Positions 27,931 through 37,271 of a stretch of 64,000 nucleotides of DNA are shown here, piece after piece. The DNA is taken from the IMG/VR virus record IMGVR_UViG_3300024988_000010; one strand, 5' to 3'. The stretch is from a virus. Every line of letters starts with the position of its first letter. The first letter of the stretch is position 1. The translations under genes were made by a program, and so were the position numbers. The notes under the pieces are model-generated. The model did no database searches, was not told where the DNA came from, and worked only from the letters and a program-made list of their open reading frames with translations.

Positions 27931-29439
27931 ATGTCGATCGACATATCCCGCTACATCCGCGTGACCTCCGGCGTCGGCGCCGGGGCGAACCTCGGCGTCC
28001 GGCAGCTCAACGCCATGCTGATCACGACCAACCCGCTCTGCCCGACGGGGACGTTCCTGTCGTTCGCCTCGGCCGCGAACGTCGGCTCGTACTTCGGCAC
28101 GACCTCGGACGAATACAAGCGGGCGACCTTCTACTTCGGCTGGGTGAGCAAGAACGTGACCTCCCCCCAGGCCCTGAATTTCTGGTTCTGGAACGAGGAC
28201 GCCGACGTCCCGTCCCGCATCTACGGCAAGCCGAATCCCGCGCTCCTCCCCGCATTCACGGCCATCTCGTCGGGCTCCTTCACGCTGACGCTGGGCGGTG
28301 CCACCCACACGCTGACCGGGATCAATTGCTCGGCGGCGGGCTCGCTGTCCGCGGTGGCCGGGATCATCCAGACCGCCATCCGCGCGTACTCTTCCGGCGG
28401 CTCCGCCTGGACGGGGGCGACGGTGGCCTTCGACGCCACGCGCGGCTCCTTCAACCTGACCTCCGGCGCCTCCGGCGACGATTCCGTCGCGGTGACGGCG
28501 GCCGTGAGCAACGACCTGGCCTCGCCCCTCGGCTGGCTCGCGGGCGCGATCTTCTCGAACGGCCAGGGCGCCCGGACGATCCCCGACATGCTCACCCAGC
28601 TCAACAACACGAACGACAACTTCGGCAGCTTCGCGTTCATGGACGCGCTCTCCCTCGACGAGGTCGTCTCGGCCGCCGAGTGGAACGACTCGCTGCCCAG
28701 CAACGTGAAGTTCATGTACTCGGTGCCGTGCACCGCCTCCAACGCCTCCGCCCTCAGCTCGGCCCTGCGCGGAATCGGAGGCAGCACGCTGACGCTCGCC
28801 CCGCTGGCGGCCGAGTATCCCGAGATGTGCCCGATGATGATCCTCGCCGCCACCAACTACAACGGCCGCAGCGCGGTCCAGAACTTCATGTTCCAGGAGT
28901 TCGACCTCACCCCGTCGGTGACCACCGACGGGGACGCCGACCTCTACGACTCCCTGCTGGTGAACTACTACGGCCGCACCCAGAGCGCCGGGCAGAACGT
29001 CTCGTTCTACCAGCGCGGCCTTATGTTCGGCCTGGCGAGCGACCCGTCGGACCAGAACACCTACTGCAACGAGATCTGGTTCAAGTCGGCCTGCACGGCG
29101 CGGCTGATGAACCTGCTGCTGGCCCTCTCGCGGGTCTCGGCGAACTCCACCGGCCGCGCCCAGATCCTCGCCTCCCTCCAGGAGGTGATCGACCTGGCCC
29201 TGTTCAACGGCGTGATCTCGGTGGGAAAGCCCCTGAACTCGACGCAGAAGCTCTACATCACCAACGCCACCGGCGACAACGCGGCGTGGCACCAGGTGCA
29301 GGACGTCGGCTACTGGGTGGGCTGCGTCATCGAATCGTACGTCGCCAGCGGCGTGACGCAGTGGAAGGCGACGTACACGATCATATACAGCAAGGACGAT
29401 ACGATCCGCCGCATCGACGGCACGGACATCCTCATCTAG
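27931..29439 (+). CDS. tail sheath protein (DUF3383 type)
   Basis: 502 aa. VGSYFGTTSDEYKRA.FYF, NYYGRTQ, YQRG.M.G, NEIWFK, YSKDDTIRRIDG. Confidence 0.9.
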   Translation: MSIDISRYIRVTSGVGAGANLGVRQLNAMLITTNPLCPTGTFLSFASAANVGSYFGTTSDEYKRATFYFGWVSKNVTSPQALNFWFWNEDADVPSRIYGKPNPALLPAFTAISSGSFTLTLGGATHTLTGINCSAAGSLSAVAGIIQTAIRAYSSGGSAWTGATVAFDATRGSFNLTSGASGDDSVAVTAAVSNDLASPLGWLAGAIFSNGQGARTIPDMLTQLNNTNDNFGSFAFMDALSLDEVVSAAEWNDSLPSNVKFMYSVPCTASNASALSSALRGIGGSTLTLAPLAAEYPEMCPMMILAATNYNGRSAVQNFMFQEFDLTPSVTTDGDADLYDSLLVNYYGRTQSAGQNVSFYQRGLMFGLASDPSDQNTYCNEIWFKSACTARLMNLLLALSRVSANSTGRAQILASLQEVIDLALFNGVISVGKPLNSTQKLYITNATGDNAAWHQVQDVGYWVGCVIESYVASGVTQWKATYTIIYSKDDTIRRIDGTDILI

Positions 29440-29452
29440 AAAGGTTCAATCC

Positions 29453-29896
29453 ATGGCACAAGACATCTCGGGCTTCGGGCTCGTCGTCAACGTGATCGCG
29501 TCGAGCACCTTCCCCGCCGGGTTCGTCGTGACGCAGTTCGCGGACGACTCCGACCCCTTCGACATCCCCTCCGTGCAGATCGCCGACAAGGCGATGGGCG
29601 TCAACGGCGACCTCGTGGTCTGGTCGCGCGCCGTGCCGATCGACGTGAGCATCTCCGTCATCCCCGGCTCGCCCGACGACGCGAACCTCGGCATCCTCGC
29701 CCAGGCCAACCGCCCCGGCCGCGGCAAGGCCCCCGCCCTCGATTCGATCACCCTGACCGGGATCTATCCGGACGGCACGCAGATCACGCTCCAGTCGGGC
29801 CGGCTGACGAACGCCCCGTTCGGCAAGAGCGTGGCCTCCGCCGGGCGCATGAAGAGCAAGACCTACACGTTCACCTTCCAGAACTCGATCGGCTAG
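29453..29896 (+). CDS. tail tube protein
   Basis: 147 aa after the sheath. TQFADDSDPFD, MGVNGDLVVWS. Confidence 0.85.
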   Translation: MAQDISGFGLVVNVIASSTFPAGFVVTQFADDSDPFDIPSVQIADKAMGVNGDLVVWSRAVPIDVSISVIPGSPDDANLGILAQANRPGRGKAPALDSITLTGIYPDGTQITLQSGRLTNAPFGKSVASAGRMKSKTYTFTFQNSIG

Positions 29897-29900
29897 GCCC

Positions 29901-30341
29901 ATGGACCTCATCCAGCCCAAGCCGTTCGTCGTCGCCGACCAGGACGGCGTCGAACGCACCTACACCCTCTCCAAGTTCCCGGCCGTCGACGGCCGCGAGA
30001 TCGTCGCGAAATACCCGCTGAGCGCCCTGCCGAAGCTGGGCGACTACAAGGTGGGCGAGGAGACGATGCTCAAGCTCATGTCCTACGTCGCGGTGGACGC
30101 GAACGGCTCGCCGCTGCGCCTGTCCACGCGGGCCCTGGTGAACAACCACGTGCCCGACTTCGAGACGCTCGCGAAGGTCGAGATGGCGATGCTGGAGTAC
30201 AACGTCAGTTTTTTGCGCGATGGGCGGATCTCCGAGTACCTGCAGGGGTTCGCCGCGAAGCTCCAGGAGTCGACTTTCCGAACGTTGACGGATTTATTGG
30301 CGCGATCGTCGCAAGCCGGCTCGCCACCCTCCACGAACTAG
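29901..30341 (+). CDS. tail assembly chaperone (G-like)
   Basis: Between tube and tape measure. Contains the in-phase slippery heptamer T TTT TTG at 30209-30215. Confidence 0.8.
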   Translation: MDLIQPKPFVVADQDGVERTYTLSKFPAVDGREIVAKYPLSALPKLGDYKVGEETMLKLMSYVAVDANGSPLRLSTRALVNNHVPDFETLAKVEMAMLEYNVSFLRDGRISEYLQGFAAKLQESTFRTLTDLLARSSQAGSPPSTN

Positions 30342-30448
30342 AGACCGTCTACTCTCTGGAGAGGGCGTTCTGGCTGTGGGAGGTCCATATGGTCGCGCGT
30401 TGCAACGATCACGCCGCCGCCGAGTCGGCGAAGGCGAGGCGTAGATGA
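30209..30448 (+). CDS. -1 frameshift extension of the tail chaperone (GT-like)
   Basis: The -1 frame is open from the slippery site to TGA 30446-30448: ...VDFPNVDGFIGAIVASRLATLHELETVYSLERAFWLWEV... Confidence 0.7.
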   Translation, partial: FFARWADLRVPAGVRREAPGVDFPNVDGFIGAIVASRLATLHELETVYSLERAFWLWEVHMVARCNDHAAAESAKARRR

Positions 30449-30505
30449 GTCTTGAATATTAAGATAATCGGTGTATCGTAAGCCCCCCCAATATTTAGGA
30501 GGCTT

Positions 30506-31024
30506 ATGACTGGAGGATACAAGAGATACTACAGGAACGACATCACGCTCGATCGCGTCAGAAAACTTATCGACTACGATCCGGAAACCGGCGAGTTCAC
30601 AAGAAAGGCGACGACCTCGAAGAAGATTAGACCCGGAGGCAAAGCTGGCGGAATCAATGTGAATGGCTACAAAGTTGTATCCCTGGACGGTCGCGTCCAT
30701 CTCGCTCATCGCATCGCCTGGCTGGTCTCTCATGAACGATGGCCGGAACACGACCTTGATCACATAAATGGCGATCGGTCTGATTGCCGTCTAAGAAATC
30801 TTCGCGAGGCAACTCCTTACGAGAATCTATGGAATAGAACCCTCCAGCGAAACAATAAATCCGGTCACAAGAACGTCTCCTGGTCCAAGCCGGTTCAGAA
30901 ATGGGAAGTTCGACTGCGACGGAACGGGAGGCAAATCATCATCGGATACTTCGACGACCTTGAGGAGGCGGCACGCATGGCAACGGAAGCTCGTCTGAAG
31001 TATCATGGAGATTTTGCCAGGTGA
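30506..31024 (+). CDS. HNH homing endonuclease with C-terminal AP2 domain
   Basis: AHRIAW...DHINGDRSDCRLRNLREAT..N..N, then SGHKNVSW...W.V....IGYFDDLEEAA. Lower GC than neighbours. Confidence 0.9.
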   Translation: MTGGYKRYYRNDITLDRVRKLIDYDPETGEFTRKATTSKKIRPGGKAGGINVNGYKVVSLDGRVHLAHRIAWLVSHERWPEHDLDHINGDRSDCRLRNLREATPYENLWNRTLQRNNKSGHKNVSWSKPVQKWEVRLRRNGRQIIIGYFDDLEEAARMATEARLKYHGDFAR

Positions 31025-32526
31025 GTGTCTTAGATACCTTTTATTTGATTTTCAAGACCGACGCGAAGGGCGCGTCGAACGACGTCAAGAACCTCGACAG
31101 GCAGATCTCCGAGCTCGCCGCGAAGGGGAAGCAGAGGAGCGAGGCCGAGAGCAAGCAGCTTCAGGAGCTCCGCAAGCAGCGCCAGGAAGTCACTCGCGAC
31201 CTGAAGGACGAGCGCAAGGCGGTCGAGGAGACGGGCGGCGCCTACGCGAAGATGTTCGAATCGCTGGCCGTCGCCGGCGGCGCGTATCTCTCGTTCGCGG
31301 CCCTCAAGTCGGGCGTGCTGAACGCGGCGGACTTCAACCGCCAGATCTCGATCCAGTCGCAGATCATGGGCGTGAACACCCGCGAGATGAAGGCCTACGC
31401 CTACGCCGTCGAGCAGGCGGGCGGCACGGTGGGCGGGTTCCAGTCCGCTTTGCAGGCCGCCTTCGGCGCGGCGTCCTCCGCCGGGCTCCCGCTGCCGGGC
31501 GTGGACACCCTCATGCGTCGCTACCACGCCGCGATCCGAGGCATGTCCCCGAGCGGCAAGGCCAACTACCTCGCCCAGCTCGGCGTCTCCGACCCGGGGC
31601 TGGTGCGGCTGCTGGAGTCCTCCGACGAGGAGTTCGAGCGGCGGATCAGGCAGGGCAAGGAGCACGCCGAGGTGACGCGCCAGCAGGCGAAGGCCGCCGA
31701 CGAATTCGCCGAGTCGTGGTCCAGGGCCACGCAGAGCATCGACCAGATGTTCAGCGTCGTCAGCGGCGACGTCCTCCCCGCGGTGACGAAGGTGCTGGAC
31801 AAGTTCAGCGACCTCGCCCCCATACTCAAGGAGAGCAAGGTCGAGACGTACGGGGCCTTCGGGGCCCTGAGCGGGATACTCGCCGGCAAGGGCGTGGGGT
31901 CCGTCGTCCGTTGGCTCGGCGGTAAGGCGAGCGACCCGTCCAGCGCCGACGCAAGGGGCGGCCATAAGGCCGCGATGGACTTCTGGATCTCACGCGGCTA
32001 CACCCGCGAGCAGGCCGCCGTCATCGTCGCCAACGAGCAGGCCGAGAGCGGCGGGGACCCCCGCGCCGTCGGCGACGGAGGCACCTCGTTCGGGCTCTTC
32101 CAATGGCACGACCCGGCGCGCCGCGACCGCATCCTCAAGAACACCGGCATCGACGTGAAGACGGCCTCGGCCGAGGACCAGCGGAAGGCCGCCGCGTGGG
32201 AACTGGAAGCCACGGGGATCGGCCCCAGGCTCCGCGACGCCTCCGGGATCGACCAGGCCTCCGCGATCTTCACCCGCGACTTCGAAAACCCGGCGGACTG
32301 GCGGGGCCAGTCGGTCCGGCGCGCCCGCATGGCGCTCGACATCGCCGGCTCCGCGCCCTTCAACGCGTCATCCTCCGGCGGGTCCACCGCCAGCGTGAAG
32401 ATCGACCAGATCAACGTCCACACCCAGGCCACCGACGCCGCCGGCATCTCGGCGGCGATCGGCCAGGAGCTGAATTCCCACCTGAGGTCCGCCATGAGCA
32501 ACATCGACGACGGGGTCGCCTACTGA
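31021..32526 (+). CDS. short tape measure protein with a C-terminal tail lysozyme domain
   Basis: Helical Ala/Gly-rich N-terminal part, then AAMDFW..RGYTREQAA.IVAN..AESG.DP.AVGDGG..FGLFQW. Confidence 0.85.
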   Translation: MSVLDTFYLIFKTDAKGASNDVKNLDRQISELAAKGKQRSEAESKQLQELRKQRQEVTRDLKDERKAVEETGGAYAKMFESLAVAGGAYLSFAALKSGVLNAADFNRQISIQSQIMGVNTREMKAYAYAVEQAGGTVGGFQSALQAAFGAASSAGLPLPGVDTLMRRYHAAIRGMSPSGKANYLAQLGVSDPGLVRLLESSDEEFERRIRQGKEHAEVTRQQAKAADEFAESWSRATQSIDQMFSVVSGDVLPAVTKVLDKFSDLAPILKESKVETYGAFGALSGILAGKGVGSVVRWLGGKASDPSSADARGGHKAAMDFWISRGYTREQAAVIVANEQAESGGDPRAVGDGGTSFGLFQWHDPARRDRILKNTGIDVKTASAEDQRKAAAWELEATGIGPRLRDASGIDQASAIFTRDFENPADWRGQSVRRARMALDIAGSAPFNASSSGGSTASVKIDQINVHTQATDAAGISAAIGQELNSHLRSAMSNIDDGVAY

Positions 32527-33107
32527 TGGCCCTGATCCCCGCCGCCCTCTCCTCGAACCTCGCGGCCGCCCTGGAGCTGCTGGCGCTCGGCTCGAACGTC
32601 GACGTCGTGGCGGTGTACGACGGATTCACGCAGGTCTTCGCCGAAGCCCGCCCCATGAAGGCTTCGGTGCGCGAGACCTCGCGGATCATGGAGCACCCGG
32701 CCGAGAACGGCGTGATCATCGCCGACCACCACGTGATCAACCCCGTGGAGGTGGACCTCTCGCTGCTCATCCCGGTCCAGTTCTACGGGTCGACCTACGC
32801 GCAGATCCGCCAGGCTTTCGCGAACGCGACGAACCTCTCGGTCCAGACGAAGACCGGCGTCTACCTGAACATGGTGATCGCCGACATGCCGCACGAGGAG
32901 AATCCCGACCTCTACGACGCCATCGCCATGCTGCTGCGGCTGAAGCAGGTGCTGCTGGCCCCCGGCGCCTCCACCTATTCCCCGGCGGACCCGGCGAACC
33001 TCGACCTGGCGAGCGGGGGGCTGCAATCCGCCGCCGTCCTCGGCCGCAAGGCGCTCGCCGCGGCCACATCGATCGCCTCCTACGCCGACCTCGGCCGGCT
33101 GCTCTGA
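32526..33107 (+). CDS. baseplate/distal-tail (Dit-like) protein
   Basis: TGATG coupling. IMEHPAENG.IIADH...P...SVQTKTGVY.NM. Confidence 0.75.
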   Translation: MALIPAALSSNLAAALELLALGSNVDVVAVYDGFTQVFAEARPMKASVRETSRIMEHPAENGVIIADHHVINPVEVDLSLLIPVQFYGSTYAQIRQAFANATNLSVQTKTGVYLNMVIADMPHEENPDLYDAIAMLLRLKQVLLAPGASTYSPADPANLDLASGGLQSAAVLGRKALAAATSIASYADLGRLL

Positions 33108-33496
33108 TGCTCCAGATTCCCATAGCCTCGCTGCCCAACCAGGCCTTCACCGTCATCCTCGACGGGGCGACCTGGGACGTCGCGATCCGCGCGGCGGCCG
33201 GGGTCATGACCGTGAGCCTGTCGCGGGACGGCGCCCCCGTAGTCGACAACGCCCGCGCCGTCGCCGGGTCGTTCATCCTTCAGGCGGAATACGAGGAGTC
33301 GGGGAACTTCTTCTTCGCCACGCAGGACTTCGAGCTGCCCGACTACGCGAAATTCAACGTCAGCCAGCACCTGATCTACATCGGCGCCGCCGAGCTGGCC
33401 GCGATCCGCTCGCCCAAGACGCCCCCCGTCACCGCGGCCGACTTCGACCCCGTCGCCGCGCTCCCGCTGCGGTTCGCCCCGCAGGGATACGCGTAA
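33107..33496 (+). CDS. baseplate protein
   Basis: IPIASLPNQAFTVILDG. Position in the baseplate cluster. Confidence 0.75.
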   Translation: MLQIPIASLPNQAFTVILDGATWDVAIRAAAGVMTVSLSRDGAPVVDNARAVAGSFILQAEYEESGNFFFATQDFELPDYAKFNVSQHLIYIGAAELAAIRSPKTPPVTAADFDPVAALPLRFAPQGYA

Positions 33497-33501
33497 GGCC
33501 C

Positions 33502-34368
33502 ATGCCCTCGGCTTTCGACGGCCGCCTCATGCGGCTGACCGTCCAGCTCCCTTCCGGCCCGCAGTCGTTCGACCAGCAGTTCGCGATCCAGGCTTCGGGG
33601 CGCAAATACGCGGGAGGCATCCAGGGAGAGGCCCAGGTGCGCGTCTTCAACCTGACGCGCGAAGCCCAGAACTACATCCTGACCCAGGCCTCCCCGCTCG
33701 CCCGGCCCGGCGTCGAACGCACCCCGATCAACATCGCCCTCGACGTCGGCCGCGAGTCGACCGGCCTCTTCCGCCTCTACGAGGGCTACGCCTTCCAGGG
33801 CGGGATGACCCAGCCCCCCGACATAGGCATCACCTTCAGGGCGCTGACGAACAACCTGCTCACCGGCGTCATAGCCGGGTCGAACGCGGGCGGCCTCGCC
33901 GCCCTCGACCGGCTCGCCTCCAACGTGGCGCGGGCCAACGGCCTGGAGCTGAGCTTCCAGTCCCGGCAGGCGGGCAAGCTCGTGTCCAACTGGTCGGTCT
34001 CGGGCTCGGCCCAGAGGCAGATCGAGCAGCTGGCGCTCGCCGGCGACGTCGACGCCTTCGTGGACGGCTCCACGCTGGTCGTGCTCGACCACGACGCCCT
34101 GCGCGACGGGGCGGACGTCCTGATCTCGGCCGACACCGGCATGGTCGGCATCCCGCAGGTCACCGACTCCGGCGTCGTCGTCCGCGCGATGATCGACCCG
34201 GCGATCAAGGTCGGCTGCGGGGTGACGATCGTCAGCAAGCTCAACCCCGCCGCCAACGGCTCCTACAAGGTCGTGCAGCTCAACTTCGAGGCGGCCAGCC
34301 GCGAGACGCCCTTCTGGTACACGCTCGCCTGCTCGAACCTCGCCTATTATCAAGGGGTGGACGGATGA
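33502..34368 (+). CDS. baseplate hub protein
   Basis: AQVRVFNL...TGMVGIPQ.TD.GV....IDP.I..G. Confidence 0.8.
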   Translation: MPSAFDGRLMRLTVQLPSGPQSFDQQFAIQASGRKYAGGIQGEAQVRVFNLTREAQNYILTQASPLARPGVERTPINIALDVGRESTGLFRLYEGYAFQGGMTQPPDIGITFRALTNNLLTGVIAGSNAGGLAALDRLASNVARANGLELSFQSRQAGKLVSNWSVSGSAQRQIEQLALAGDVDAFVDGSTLVVLDHDALRDGADVLISADTGMVGIPQVTDSGVVVRAMIDPAIKVGCGVTIVSKLNPAANGSYKVVQLNFEAASRETPFWYTLACSNLAYYQGVDG

Positions 34369-35081
34369 CCGATTTCCGCAATTCTCCGCCGTCGCGCAAC
34401 CCGGCCGACGTCGATTCGCTGGCGGGGCTGCTCCGCCTGTTCCTGACCAAGACGCAGCAACGCTGGGACGACATGCTCCCGGCCGCCGTCATGGCCTACG
34501 ACCGGGCCCGCAACGTGGCGCAGGTGCAGCCGCTGATCGCCTCGGTGACCACCGACAGGGTCGTGGTCCAGCGGGCCCAGGTGGCCGAGGTCCCCGTCCT
34601 CCAGCTCGGCGGCGGCGGCTTCGTGCTCAGCTTCCCGGTCAGCTCCGGCGACCTCGGCTGGATCAAGGCCAACGACCGCGACATCTCGCTGTTCCGCCAG
34701 ACCTGGTCCGCATCGCCGCCCAACACCCGGCGGATGCACAGCTTCTCCGACGCGATGTTCATCCCCGACGTCATGATGCGAGGCGTGGCGATCGCCCCGG
34801 AAGACTCGGCCAGGGCGGTGTTCCAGTCGCTCGACGGCTCGGTGCGGATCGCCCTCGGCGAGGACCTGATCGAGATGCACGCCCCCTCGGGCGTGGGGAT
34901 TGGTGGGACGCCCGACGAGAACGCGATTTTCGACGTGCAATCCACCGCCAAGGCGGCGATGCCTTGGCCCCGCATGAGCGAGGCGCAGCGCGACGCCATC
35001 CCATCCCCCAGGGAAGGCATGGTGGTCTGGAACCTCGACACGCACGCCCCATCCTCTTACGACGGCACGGCCTGGAGCTGA
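34365..35081 (+). CDS. baseplate central spike protein (Gp138/gpV-like)
   Basis: MLPAAVMAYD...VQP...VPV..LGGGGF..SFP...GD.G...ANDRDIS...RMHSFSDAMFIP. Confidence 0.85.
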   Translation: MTDFRNSPPSRNPADVDSLAGLLRLFLTKTQQRWDDMLPAAVMAYDRARNVAQVQPLIASVTTDRVVVQRAQVAEVPVLQLGGGGFVLSFPVSSGDLGWIKANDRDISLFRQTWSASPPNTRRMHSFSDAMFIPDVMMRGVAIAPEDSARAVFQSLDGSVRIALGEDLIEMHAPSGVGIGGTPDENAIFDVQSTAKAAMPWPRMSEAQRDAIPSPREGMVVWNLDTHAPSSYDGTAWS

Positions 35082-35084
35082 ACC

Positions 35085-35435
35085 ATGACCCGAACTCTAG
35101 GCCTCTCCGACTCGTCGCACGACCTCTACCTCGCGCCCGACGGAAACCTCGCGGTCCTCTCCGGCCGCGACGCCGTGGCGGCCGCGTGCCAGACCGCATC
35201 GCTGGCCCAGCTCGGCGAGATGGTGCTGGCGACGACCTCCGGCCTGCCGAACTTCCAAGCGGTGTGGACGGGCGCGCCCAACCTCGCCCTCTGGCGGCAA
35301 TACCTCTTGAACACCCTGCTCGGCGTCGAGGGCGTCCTGGCCGTGTCCGACCTGACGGTCGACCGCACGGGCGGCGTCCTGTCCTACCGGGCGACCATCG
35401 AAACGACATTCGGAAAGACGACGGTGAATGGCTGA
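35085..35435 (+). CDS. baseplate wedge initiator (gp25/gp46-like)
   Basis: DLYLAPDGNLAV...GEM...GLP...TIET.FG. Confidence 0.75.
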   Translation: MTRTLGLSDSSHDLYLAPDGNLAVLSGRDAVAAACQTASLAQLGEMVLATTSGLPNFQAVWTGAPNLALWRQYLLNTLLGVEGVLAVSDLTVDRTGGVLSYRATIETTFGKTTVNG

Positions 35436-36609
35436 TTACCAGTACATAGCGGCGACCGGCGTCATCTTGCCCCAGACGTCGGACATCCTCTCCGGCGTCC
35501 AGCAGGAATACCGCGACGCCTTCGGCGCCGACCTCGTCGTCACGCCCGACACGCCCCAGGGCGTGCTCATCACGGCCGAGGCCCTCGCCCGCGCCGAGGT
35601 GGTGCGCAACAACGCCGATCTGGCGAACCAGATCAACCCCAACGTCGCGGGCGGCGTTTTCCTCGACGCGATCATGGCCCTCACCGGCATGCAGCGGACG
35701 CCGGCCACGAAGACCGTGGTCCCCGCCGTCACGCTCTCCGGCGTGGCCGGGACGGTGATCGCCGCCGGGGCGCTGGCGGCCACCGCCGCCGGGGACCGCT
35801 TCGCCTCGCTGTCCACCGTCACCCTCGACGGCGCCGGCTCCGCAACAGTCGACTTCGCGGCCGTGGAATACGGCCCGGTCCCCTGCGGGGCGGGCGACCT
35901 CACGACGGTCGTCTCCGGCATCCTCGGCTGGGAGACCGTGACCAACCCGAATGCGGGAGTTCTCGGATCGGCCGTCCAGTCCGACCAGGCGGCCCGGGCC
36001 CTCCGCCGCAACACGCTCGCCTTCCAGGGCGTGGCGCTGGCCGAGGCGATCACCTCGGCCCTCTACAACGTGGAGGGCGTCCGCAGCCTGGCGTTCCGCG
36101 AGAACGTGGCGGCGACGACCCAGGTGATCGACGGGATCAGCATGGTCGGCCATTCCATCTACGCCTGCGTCGACGGCGGCTCCGATACGGACGTGGCGGC
36201 GGCGCTGCTGGAGAACAAGAGCTCCGGGTGCGCCTGGAACGGCGGCACCAACGTCTCGGTGGTCGAGCCCGCCAGCGGGCAGTCCTACGCGGTCCAGTTC
36301 GACCGCCCGGAGGTGATCGGCGTCCTGATCAAGGTCACCACCACCAACGGCGACGCCGGGAACATCACCAAGGCGATCCTCGACTACGCGGCCGGCGACA
36401 TCGACGGCCTGGCTGGCTTCGTCGTCGGCGCCGACGTGTCGCCCTTCGAAATCGCGGGGGCGGTCATGGCCGAGCAGCCGGGCTACTACATCTCGAAGGT
36501 CGAGATCAGCCGGTTATCCCCGGTGTCCTATTCCACCGCTCCGATCGCGATCGGCATAAACCAGATCGCCCACACCCAGCTCAGCTACATCACGGTCGTC
36601 ATCGCATGA
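35428..36609 (+). CDS. baseplate J-like protein
   Basis: TPDTPQGVLI...NQINP..AGG.FLDAI...G...SD..AR..R. Confidence 0.9.
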   Translation: MADYQYIAATGVILPQTSDILSGVQQEYRDAFGADLVVTPDTPQGVLITAEALARAEVVRNNADLANQINPNVAGGVFLDAIMALTGMQRTPATKTVVPAVTLSGVAGTVIAAGALAATAAGDRFASLSTVTLDGAGSATVDFAAVEYGPVPCGAGDLTTVVSGILGWETVTNPNAGVLGSAVQSDQAARALRRNTLAFQGVALAEAITSALYNVEGVRSLAFRENVAATTQVIDGISMVGHSIYACVDGGSDTDVAAALLENKSSGCAWNGGTNVSVVEPASGQSYAVQFDRPEVIGVLIKVTTTNGDAGNITKAILDYAAGDIDGLAGFVVGADVSPFEIAGAVMAEQPGYYISKVEISRLSPVSYSTAPIAIGINQIAHTQLSYITVVIA

Positions 36610-37262
36610 CGACGATCCAGGAGTTCAGTTTCTCGGTCGACCTGCTGCGGGCGCTGCTCTGGCAGTACGAGAAGGCGGAGAACCTGCAGTCGCTGCTCGC
36701 CGACAAGAAGGCGTGGTACGACGCCAACCAGACGCAGTTCTGGGAGGGGTGGATCCGAGACGTGTTCGACCTGCGCACCGCGAGCGAGTTCGGCCTGATC
36801 GTCTGGAGCGTCATCCTCGACCTGCCGCTCTTCGTGAATTCGCCCCCCGACCCGGGCAAGCCGACCTTCGGCTTCGACGGCGCGGGCGGCGACGTGAACT
36901 TCGACAACGGCAACTTCACCGACTCGTCCGGCTCGTCCTACTACCTGCCGCTGGAGACCAAGCGGCTGGCCCTGCGGCTGCGCTACTTCCAGCTCACCTC
37001 GGCGGGCACGGCCCCCGAGATCAACCGGATGCTGAAACACCTCTTCGCGGACCGCGGAAAGGCCTTCCTGAACGACTTCGGGAACATGGCCCAGCAGTAC
37101 GTGTTCGCCTTCCCGGTGACCTGGGACCTCGCCTACCTGTTCAACAACTACGACATCCTCCCCCGGCCCGCCGGCGTCTCGTCGACCTGGGTGGACGCCA
37201 CCCTGACGTATTTCGGCTTCGAGCCGTACGGCGGGGTCTTCGATCAATCGACATTGCAGTAA
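36606..37262 (+). CDS. baseplate wedge protein (DUF2612 type)
   Basis: LLWQYEKA..L..L...VFDLRTASEFGL.VW...ILPRPAGV. Confidence 0.88.
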   Translation: MTTIQEFSFSVDLLRALLWQYEKAENLQSLLADKKAWYDANQTQFWEGWIRDVFDLRTASEFGLIVWSVILDLPLFVNSPPDPGKPTFGFDGAGGDVNFDNGNFTDSSGSSYYLPLETKRLALRLRYFQLTSAGTAPEINRMLKHLFADRGKAFLNDFGNMAQQYVFAFPVTWDLAYLFNNYDILPRPAGVSSTWVDATLTYFGFEPYGGVFDQSTLQ

Positions 37263-37271
37263 GGACACAGC

